Shown here: positions 56,441 through 62,929 of the stretch, piece after piece | How positions within the stretch are numbered: position 1 is the stretch's first letter | Layout of the letters: the number at the start of each line of letters is the position of its first letter | Assembly: GCA_017461545.1 (NCBI GenBank) | Contig: JAFTXP010000017.1 | Location: forward strand, 1,008-65,007 | Direction: 5' to 3' | Length of the DNA: 64,000 nucleotides | From: Clostridia bacterium | GTDB lineage: Bacteria > Bacillota > Clostridia > UBA1212 | Notes under the pieces: model-generated | Database searches by the model: none | What the model was told of the DNA's origin: nothing | The model's input: the letters and a program-made list of their open reading frames with translations, nothing else | Translations under genes and position numbers: made by a program

Positions 56441-57739
56441 ATGATTGAACGAAATCGGTATCTTCAAAAACTGATAAATAAAAAAAATAACGGTCTTGTA
56501 AAGGTAATAACCGGTATACGTCGATGCGGTAAGTCGTATCTTTTGTTTAACCTGTATGGAGATTATCTTAAATCCGTAGGAGTAGAGGATGATTGCATAA
56601 TAGCTCTTGCGCTTGACGATGATGAAAACATGAGATATCGTAATCCGATCGAATTGGGAAAATACCTCAGAAGTATGACCGAAGATAAAAGCAAAAATTA
56701 TTATGTCTTTCTTGATGAAATCCAAAAGGTTGTTTCTGTTCAGAATCCGTATATTGATGGCGTGGATGACAAAATCGGATTTGTCGATGTCGTGTTAGGT
56801 CTGATGCGCCATGAAAACATAGATGTATATGTTACAGGAAGCAATTCTAAAATGCTTTCATCCGATATACTTACAGAATTTCGCGGAAGAGGTGACGAGA
56901 TTCGTGTTCATCCGCTTTCTTTCAGTGAATTTTACAGTGCTTATTCGGGGAATAAGAGTAATGCTTGGCAGGAGTATTATACGTACGGAGGACTTCCACT
57001 CGTGATGAATATGCATGGACACGAAGAAAAAACTAAATACCTGCAAACTCTGTTCGATAAAATATATCTCAGTGATATTATGGAGAGAAATAAAATACTT
57101 CACGAAAAGTCGGTGCTTGACGATATTCTGAACATCATATCTTCTTCTGTAGGGTCTCTCACAAATGCCGGGAAAATAGCAAATACTTTTAAAAGTGCAA
57201 GACAAATGAATATTGATGATGAAACTGTCAGTAGATATATTGATTTATTTATAGATGCTTTTATGGTATATAAGGCTGAACGATATGATGTTAAGGGGCG
57301 AAAGTATATCGGGTCTCCTTTGAAATATTATTTCAGCGATGTAGGACTTCGCAATGCACGACTTAATTTTAGACAGCAGGAAGAAAATCATATAATGGAA
57401 AACGTAATTTACAATGAATTGTGTGTACGTGAATTCAATATTGATGTGGGGGTAGTAGAATATTGCTATAAAGACGAAGAAAAAAAGAGTAGAAGGTCAC
57501 AGCTTGAAATTGATTTTGTTGTAAACAAGGGTAGCAAAAAATACTACATCCAATCAGCACTGACTGTAAGTGACGAATTGAAAAGGCAGCAAGAGGTTCG
57601 TTCGCTGAACCGTGTCGGTGATTCATTTAAGAAAATTGTTGTTGTGAAAGACAACATAATTCCTTGGCATGATGAAGACGGTATTCTATATATAGGTATC
57701 GAAAGATTCCTACTGGATGAAAATTCAATGGATATCTAA
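56441..57739 (+). CDS. AAA_14 / DUF4143 ATP-binding protein
   Basis: MIERNRYLQKLI...VITGIRRCGKSYLL (Walker A), YVFLDEIQ (Walker B), and the DUF4143-type C-terminal half. Confidence 0.8.
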   Translation: MIERNRYLQKLINKKNNGLVKVITGIRRCGKSYLLFNLYGDYLKSVGVEDDCIIALALDDDENMRYRNPIELGKYLRSMTEDKSKNYYVFLDEIQKVVSVQNPYIDGVDDKIGFVDVVLGLMRHENIDVYVTGSNSKMLSSDILTEFRGRGDEIRVHPLSFSEFYSAYSGNKSNAWQEYYTYGGLPLVMNMHGHEEKTKYLQTLFDKIYLSDIMERNKILHEKSVLDDILNIISSSVGSLTNAGKIANTFKSARQMNIDDETVSRYIDLFIDAFMVYKAERYDVKGRKYIGSPLKYYFSDVGLRNARLNFRQQEENHIMENVIYNELCVREFNIDVGVVEYCYKDEEKKSRRSQLEIDFVVNKGSKKYYIQSALTVSDELKRQQEVRSLNRVGDSFKKIVVVKDNIIPWHDEDGILYIGIERFLLDENSMDI

Positions 57740-57740
57740 A

Positions 57741-57891
57741 ATTTTGATTACAGAGAGGTCTCCATTAACCTTATGGTTTCGAGCCATCGAAGAGATGAAC
57801 ATTAGAGAGTGGGAAGATTCGTCTTCCCATTTTTTTAGGTCTCAATGCCACTTTCGCAAATTTTGCGTATTTACGCAAAATTTGCGAAAGT
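57741..57891 (+). repeat. ~150-bp direct repeat, copy 2
   Basis: Aligns with 56202..56353. Confidence 0.85.
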
Positions 57892-57892
57892 G
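57849..57892. repeat. 44-bp palindrome cactttcgcaaattttgcgta-tt-tacgcaaaatttgcgaaagtg
   Basis: Same core as 56305..56360. Confidence 0.85.
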
Positions 57893-57932
57893 AGGCTGTG
57901 CTTGGTATAAGCACCAGCAGAAATCCCCGTAA

Positions 57933-58007
57933 AGAGCGAAAAAAGCACCTGCAAATTTCTTTTTAGCGTAAGCTAAATCAGAAATTTGCAGGTGCTTTTT
58001 TCGCTCT
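57933..58007. terminator. 28-bp-stem hairpin, bidirectional terminator
   Basis: agagcgaaaaaagcacctgcaaatttct / agaaatttgcaggtgcttttttcgctct. Abuts the stop of the minus-strand GTPase gene. Confidence 0.75.
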
Positions 58008-58009
58008 AA

Positions 58010-58954
58010 TTAATAAAACGTCACAACGTCTTCCGTCGGCGGATTTGCAAGTTCGACTTTAATTGCCTTGAGCACAGGGCCTTTGCGGCCGTAAACGCTG
58101 CAATCTTCAATGTCGATCTTTGCGGTGAGATTTATCCATTCCTTGTTTTTAATACAAGAACTGCTGTCCCACATGCAGAGCAGACCGCCGAAAGCAATAT
58201 CGTCAGCACAGCAAGTCATAATATGTCTGCCGACAATAAAACTGTTTTTGGGAAGGTGGTCGCCCTTTGCAGTCATAACTTTGAATCTGACTGTCTTGCC
58301 GGCGTATTTATCCATTTCCTCGGTAATATCTCTGTACCATAGAGCATAGTCGGTGTCTGCGATTTCAATAATCGGGGCTTCGATGTCAAAGGGCAGAGGA
58401 TCTTCGATTTCGTCCATTTCAACACGTCCGTCAACATTGTCGTAAATGATTGCGGCGCCGCGGCTTATACCTCTTACTATCTTGTGGAGCTCCATTTTAT
58501 CGATTGCATCTGAAACTCTGTTGAAAATAATCGCGTCACAGTTGTTGAGTTTATCAACAACAAGACTTCTCATGTTTGCGTTGTAGGTGAGGTATGTGTT
58601 GCTGTCCGCAAAAGACATCTCCTGATAGATGAGCCAGCTGCTCGGCATCGCTTCAAAAAACTTGTCCAGAGTCCACATGCCGTTGTATTCGACAACAATT
58701 TTTTTTGCCTTATGCTTTTTCTGCAAAGCGGCAAGCTCGAATTTATTCAGATGTTCTTCATCTTCGATAACTTCTATTGCAACTTTCGGATGAACGAATT
58801 TTGAAGGATTAAGTTCTTCTTCGCCTTCCTCGCAAAGGAGTACAAGGATGTTTCCCTTGCCGTCATTGAAACGCTCGTCCGCCAATGTCTCCTGAATGAA
58901 TTTTGTTTTTCCGGAATCTAAAAATCCTGTGAATAAATATACCGGTATCTCCAT
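58010..58954 (-). CDS. G3E-family (CobW-like) P-loop protein with C-terminal DUF1980-like CC-motif domain
   Basis: VYLFTGFLDSGKTKFI (P-loop). C-terminal FIVGRHIMTCCADDIAFGGLLC resembles the TIGR03943/DUF1980 motif. Confidence 0.6.
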   Translation of the reverse strand: MEIPVYLFTGFLDSGKTKFIQETLADERFNDGKGNILVLLCEEGEEELNPSKFVHPKVAIEVIEDEEHLNKFELAALQKKHKAKKIVVEYNGMWTLDKFFEAMPSSWLIYQEMSFADSNTYLTYNANMRSLVVDKLNNCDAIIFNRVSDAIDKMELHKIVRGISRGAAIIYDNVDGRVEMDEIEDPLPFDIEAPIIEIADTDYALWYRDITEEMDKYAGKTVRFKVMTAKGDHLPKNSFIVGRHIMTCCADDIAFGGLLCMWDSSSCIKNKEWINLTAKIDIEDCSVYGRKGPVLKAIKVELANPPTEDVVTFY

Positions 58955-58973
58955 TATTTATTACCTCCGTAAA

Positions 58974-60278
58974 TTAAATTCCGAAAAGCTCGGCAATTTT
59001 TTCTTCGTTTATATTTGAACCGATGACGCAAAGTCTGCCTGTGATATCTGCGGCACCTGTTCTTATGTCTGGCTCGCCGGGAACATAGTCAAAGTGAATC
59101 CACTTGCCGTCTTTGCCGGCAACAATTCCTTTTGCTCTGAGAATTATTCCGTATTTTGATTCTTCGGTGAAGCTTTCGAGAATATCATTTATTTCATCTG
59201 CCGTGAAAGCTTTTGTCGTCTCTCTTCCCCAGCTTGTAAATACATCGTCTGCATGATGATGTCCGTGTTCATGGTCGTGGTCGTGGCAGCCGCAAGAGCA
59301 ATGCTCACCGTGCTCGTGGTGATGATTTTCATGCTCGTGTTCATGATGGTGCTCATGATGGTGCTCATGGTCGTGGCAGCCGCAAGTACAGTGTTCGTCA
59401 TGGTCATGGTGATGCTCATGTTCGTGCTCATGCTCATGATCGTGGCAGCCGCAAGTGCAGTGCTCGTCATGTTCGTGGTGGTGCTCGTGTTCGTGTTCGT
59501 GATGGTGCTCATGGTCGTGGTGATGTTCATGTTCGTGATGATGCTCATGTTCGTGTTCGTGTTCGTGGCAGCCGCATGTACAATGCTCGCCGTGCTCGTG
59601 GTGATGTTCATGGTCATGGTGATGGTGATGCTCATGGTGGTGTTTGTGTTCTTCCATGAGCTTTTCCAAATCGCCGGAGAGAGTGTTTGTCTTTTCGACA
59701 GCGGCAAGAATCTGATCACCTGTAATATCTTTCCACGGAGTAGTAATGATAACAGCTTCTGCGTTAAGTTCTTTTACTATGCCGACACAGACATTCAATT
59801 TATTTTCGTCAATGTCATCTGTATGGCTGAGGATAACTGCGGAAGCGCTCTTAATCTGGTCGTTAAAAAATTCGCCGAAATTCTTGTGGTAAATTTTACA
59901 TTTTTTAGCATCGACAACGGTGGTGTAGCTGTTCAAAACAACATCGTCGGAAAGAACTTCCTTAGTAGCCTTTATAACATCGGTGAGCTTGCCGACGCCC
60001 GAGGGCTCAATTAATATTCTGTCGGGGGAGAATTCGTCGATAACTTTTTTTAACGCTTTCCCGAAATCTCCTACAAGGCTGCAGCAAATACAGCCTGAAT
60101 TCATCTCGGTAATTTCGATACCTGCTTCTTTGAGAAATCCGCCGTCAATGCCGATTTCGCCGAATTCGTTTTCTATAAGAACGAGTTTTTCGCCTTTATA
60201 AGCTTCTGAAATGAGTTTCTTTATGAGAGTGGTTTTTCCCGCTCCGAGAAAACCTGAAAAAATGTCAATCTTTGTCAT
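58974..60278 (-). CDS. CobW/ZigA-type G3E GTPase metallochaperone with giant His/Cys-rich insert
   Basis: FSGFLGAGKTTL (P-loop), GCICCS (CobW metal motif), IEPSGVG, and a CobW_C-like end RAKGIV...RLCVIG. aa 211-345 are a His-rich insert. Confidence 0.85.
   Translation of the reverse strand: MTKIDIFSGFLGAGKTTLIKKLISEAYKGEKLVLIENEFGEIGIDGGFLKEAGIEITEMNSGCICCSLVGDFGKALKKVIDEFSPDRILIEPSGVGKLTDVIKATKEVLSDDVVLNSYTTVVDAKKCKIYHKNFGEFFNDQIKSASAVILSHTDDIDENKLNVCVGIVKELNAEAVIITTPWKDITGDQILAAVEKTNTLSGDLEKLMEEHKHHHEHHHHHDHEHHHEHGEHCTCGCHEHEHEHEHHHEHEHHHDHEHHHEHEHEHHHEHDEHCTCGCHDHEHEHEHEHHHDHDEHCTCGCHDHEHHHEHHHEHEHENHHHEHGEHCSCGCHDHDHEHGHHHADDVFTSWGRETTKAFTADEINDILESFTEESKYGIILRAKGIVAGKDGKWIHFDYVPGEPDIRTGAADITGRLCVIGSNINEEKIAELFGI
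59244..59648 (-). repeat. Coding tandem-repeat region: (H/E/D)n blocks with 4 x EHC(T/S)CGCH(D/E)H
   Basis: Protein reads ...HGEHCTCGCHEHEHEH...HDEHCTCGCHDHEHEH...HDEHCTCGCHDHEHHH...HGEHCSCGCHDHDHEH... Confidence 0.9.
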
Positions 60279-60356
60279 GTAAAAAGCACCTCTTAATTTA
60301 TTTTACTGCATACGTAAAGGTAACACCAAAAGCGTATTTTTTCAAGGATTTTTATA

Positions 60357-60385
60357 TTGAAAATGACGTAAAAAAAGAATACAAT
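60357..60385 (+). promoter_or_regulatory. Promoter TTGAAA-17-TACAAT
   Basis: Hexamers with a 17-nt spacer, ~20 nt upstream of the SGNH hydrolase start. Confidence 0.45.
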
Positions 60386-60403
60386 ATCGAAAAAAACAGT
60401 GAG

Positions 60404-61528
60404 ATGGCTCAGATGGACTTTTTTAAAACGTACAGTTCGAATACATTCGCAGGCACTTTAAATCAATGCTTTTTTATATCCGACGGGACGGCGCGGACAG
60501 GAAGGGTGTTTTACAGGATTTCATCAGGCGGGACATACAATTATTCGTTGCTGTATTCAAATACGGTTGACAGCACGTATCCTCCCGTCGAAGGAAGTTA
60601 CAGGAATATGCCGTGTGAAGACTGGCAGATAAATTTGATGCGCCTTGCCGTTTGTACGAAAGAAGCTTTTGATAAGTTTGAAAGAGACGGCTTTATGCCG
60701 GAAATGGATTTTAAGGAAGTAACATTTGCCGGAGAAACAGTAAAGTCTGTATCTTCCGGAGAAGTTTTTTCGACTGACCCGATAGAAATGACTTTTGAAA
60801 AGAATGATTATCTGTGTGTGGAGATATCATTTACGGGAACAAAAATTCCGAATATGTGCGATTTGAATATCCCGGGATTTTCCTATGAGAACGGCAAATG
60901 GATTGAATCGAATCGATTGCCTGTTCCGGATATGATCGGCTGTGACAGAAAAGTTGCGCTTAAAATAGGGTACTTCGGGGATTCTATTACTCAGGGAATA
61001 GGCACCGATAAAAATTCGTATGAGCATTGGAATGCAAAGTTATCCGAGAGACTGGGGGAAGAAAATTCTTATTGGAACATGGGCATTGCAGCGGCAAGCG
61101 GAAATGATGCTGCAAGCTTTGGTGCGTGGTTTGATAAAGCAATTCAAAACGATCTTGTCGTAATGTGTTTCGGTGTGAATGATATAATGGGGGGCGGCAG
61201 CTGCGAACAGCTGACATCTGACATTGCAAGTGTAGTTGAGCGATTTTATGAAAATGGCTGTAAAGTGATTCTTCAGACCGTTCCGCCGTTTGTATACAAC
61301 AAGCCGATGGCAGATATCTGGCGCAAAGTTAACGAATACATAAAAAATGTGCTTTCACAAAAGGTTGAAGCGGTGTTCGACAATGTACCGTACCTTCAGG
61401 ACGAGGGCGAGAACAGCCACATGGACAAATACGGCGACCATCCGAATGCCGGAGGGTGCAGTGTATGGGCAGAGGCAATATATCCCTGTGTAAAAGGTGT
61501 TGCCGAAAAAATGAAGAAAAAGTTGTAA
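60404..61528 (+). CDS. SGNH/GDSL-family hydrolase with N-terminal accessory domain
   Basis: IGYFGDSITQGIG (block I Ser), MCFGVNDI (block III), and GDHPNAGG (block V DxxH). The start at 60404 is uncertain; the track ORF starts at 60272. Confidence 0.75.
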   Translation: MAQMDFFKTYSSNTFAGTLNQCFFISDGTARTGRVFYRISSGGTYNYSLLYSNTVDSTYPPVEGSYRNMPCEDWQINLMRLAVCTKEAFDKFERDGFMPEMDFKEVTFAGETVKSVSSGEVFSTDPIEMTFEKNDYLCVEISFTGTKIPNMCDLNIPGFSYENGKWIESNRLPVPDMIGCDRKVALKIGYFGDSITQGIGTDKNSYEHWNAKLSERLGEENSYWNMGIAAASGNDAASFGAWFDKAIQNDLVVMCFGVNDIMGGGSCEQLTSDIASVVERFYENGCKVILQTVPPFVYNKPMADIWRKVNEYIKNVLSQKVEAVFDNVPYLQDEGENSHMDKYGDHPNAGGCSVWAEAIYPCVKGVAEKMKKKL

Positions 61529-61560
61529 GAATATTAAACGATAATATAGTGACAAAAGAG

Positions 61561-61590
61561 GCTGCGGCAGAATTTCTTGCCGCAGCTTTT
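61561..61590 (+). terminator. Rho-independent terminator
   Basis: gctgcggca / tgccgcagc stem followed by tttt. Confidence 0.7.
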
Positions 61591-61712
61591 GCATGCGGAA
61601 ACTGTGTAGCAGCCGCGTAATTATGAGATGTTATGCTGTGAGAAAAAGACAAATATTTCGTTGTGATATGGCCATAATATCAAATGAATAAAATGCACGG
61701 AGGTTTAAGCTT

Positions 61713-62555
61713 ATGAAAAAAAGAACCTTAAATGATGCTTTAATAGAAGCATTTGAATCTGATTTGCAGAATGAAGAAAAAAGTGACAATACAATAGGAA
61801 AGTATATGCGAGATGTTCGGCATTTTGCAGAATTTTTGCATGGGAGAACAGTAGATAAAACACTGACTCTTGAGTACAAAGAAGAACTCGGTCGAAACTA
61901 TGCCCCTGCAAGCGCAAACTCAATGATTGCGTCGTTAAATTCTTTTTTGCGTTTTGCGAAATGGCATGATTGCTGTGTAAAACAGTTCAAGGTCCAAAAG
62001 AAAACATACTGCTCCGAGGATACTGAGATTTCAAAATCGGAGTATATTGCTCTTGTAAATGCGGCAGAAGATAAAAGGAACGAACGCCTGTCTTTGTTAA
62101 TTCAAACGATTTGCGGTACGGGTATACGTGTAAGCGAGGTATCATATATCACGGTAGAAGCTGTGCAGAAAGGCGAAGCGACTGTTTCCTGCAAGGGGAA
62201 AACAAGAAAAGTTTTCATTGTTTCGGCTTTGCGTAAAAAATTACTGAATTACGTAAAGAAACACGGTATCAAACACGGTATTGTATTTATTACAAAGAAT
62301 GGCAAGCCGATGGATAGAAGTAATATCTGGCGTGAGATGAAGACTCTCTGTAAAACGACAGGAATATTGCCTGATAAAGTGTTTCCGCATAATCTGCGTC
62401 ACCTGTTTGCACGAACATTCTATCGGATAGAGAAAGATATTGCAAAATTGGCAGAAATTTTGGGTCACTCCAATATCAATACCACACGGATTTATATTAT
62501 ATCTACGGGTGCGGAGCACAGGAGGCGTATGGAGAGTATGAGACTGATAATATAA
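61713..62555 (+). CDS. Tyrosine site-specific recombinase (phage-integrase family, ~280 aa invertase-sized)
   Basis: N-terminal SAM-like core-binding domain. Catalytic residues in GTGIRVSE (Arg), HNLRHLFA (H-x-x-R) and GHSNINTTRIY (His...Tyr). Confidence 0.88.
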   Translation: MKKRTLNDALIEAFESDLQNEEKSDNTIGKYMRDVRHFAEFLHGRTVDKTLTLEYKEELGRNYAPASANSMIASLNSFLRFAKWHDCCVKQFKVQKKTYCSEDTEISKSEYIALVNAAEDKRNERLSLLIQTICGTGIRVSEVSYITVEAVQKGEATVSCKGKTRKVFIVSALRKKLLNYVKKHGIKHGIVFITKNGKPMDRSNIWREMKTLCKTTGILPDKVFPHNLRHLFARTFYRIEKDIAKLAEILGHSNINTTRIYIISTGAEHRRRMESMRLII

Positions 62556-62583
62556 AATCCGATGTCCGGAGAACATCGGATGT

Positions 62584-62608
62584 CACATAATCAACATTAT
62601 GTTGTATA
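62584..62608. repeat. Inverted repeat, left arm (cacataatcaacattatgttgtata)
   Basis: Perfect reverse complement of 62803..62827. Starts 29 nt after the recombinase stop. Confidence 0.95.
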
Positions 62609-62802
62609 TACAGTCAGCAAGACAGATAAATAAGTATAATAAAATAATCCTTTTGAACTTCATGAAAGAAAATAAAATCCAAAAGACTCAGTTGTTATAC
62701 AAAAATTCAGTTCATTAAATGAAAAAAAACTATTGCTTTTACAGCAAAAAAAGTGTATTCTGAAATAAAAATATTGGGTTTATGTATATATAACAATACA
62801 CT

Positions 62803-62827
62803 TATACAACATAATGTTGATTATGTG
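62803..62827. repeat. Inverted repeat, right arm (tatacaacataatgttgattatgtg)
   Basis: Perfect 25/25 match to the reverse complement of the left arm. Lies 102 nt upstream of the adhesin ATG. Confidence 0.95.
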
Positions 62828-62929
62828 GTAAAAAGTGAAGATATCTGTATTTTACGTTTATAAGCTTTCACATTTTTTAAAGAATGTTTGAGGCTTAGCA
62901 ATAAATATAAAAGAGAAAGGAAAAGGTTT

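Larger units (their letters stand above)
62584..62827. promoter_or_regulatory. Candidate invertible DNA segment (244 bp including IRs)
   Basis: A 194-bp AT-rich core between the IRs carries rightward-facing promoter-like elements: TTGCTT-17-TATTCT (62733..62761) and TTGGGT-17-TACACT (62774..62802). Confidence 0.55.

Noticed and set aside
59189-60014. ORFs 59189..59719 (-) and 59253..60014 (+) with T/M/N- or V/M/F-rich repetitive translations, and the idea that the DNA repeats might be a CRISPR-like array
   Set aside because: They are alternative-frame and antisense readings of the His-codon (cac/cat) repeats inside the CobW gene. The repeats are coding, imperfect and contiguous with no spacers, so this is not a CRISPR array.
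60272-60403. Upstream extension of the SGNH hydrolase ORF
   Set aside because: It overlaps the divergent CobW start and contains the TTGAAA-17-TACAAT promoter. The start at 60404 (or 60413) is more plausible but remains uncertain.
61329-61923. Minus-strand ORFs 61329..61652, 61355..61594, 61631..61879 and 61711..61923
   Set aside because: They are antisense to the 3' end of the SGNH gene, its terminator and the 5' end of the recombinase gene. No SD and no family resemblance.
62558-62580. Small hairpin tccgatg/catcgga right after the recombinase gene, considered as part of the recombination site
   Set aside because: It is a 7-bp stem without a T-run and has no counterpart at the right IR. 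It may be a weak terminator, but it is not needed to explain the switch, so it is not called as a feature.
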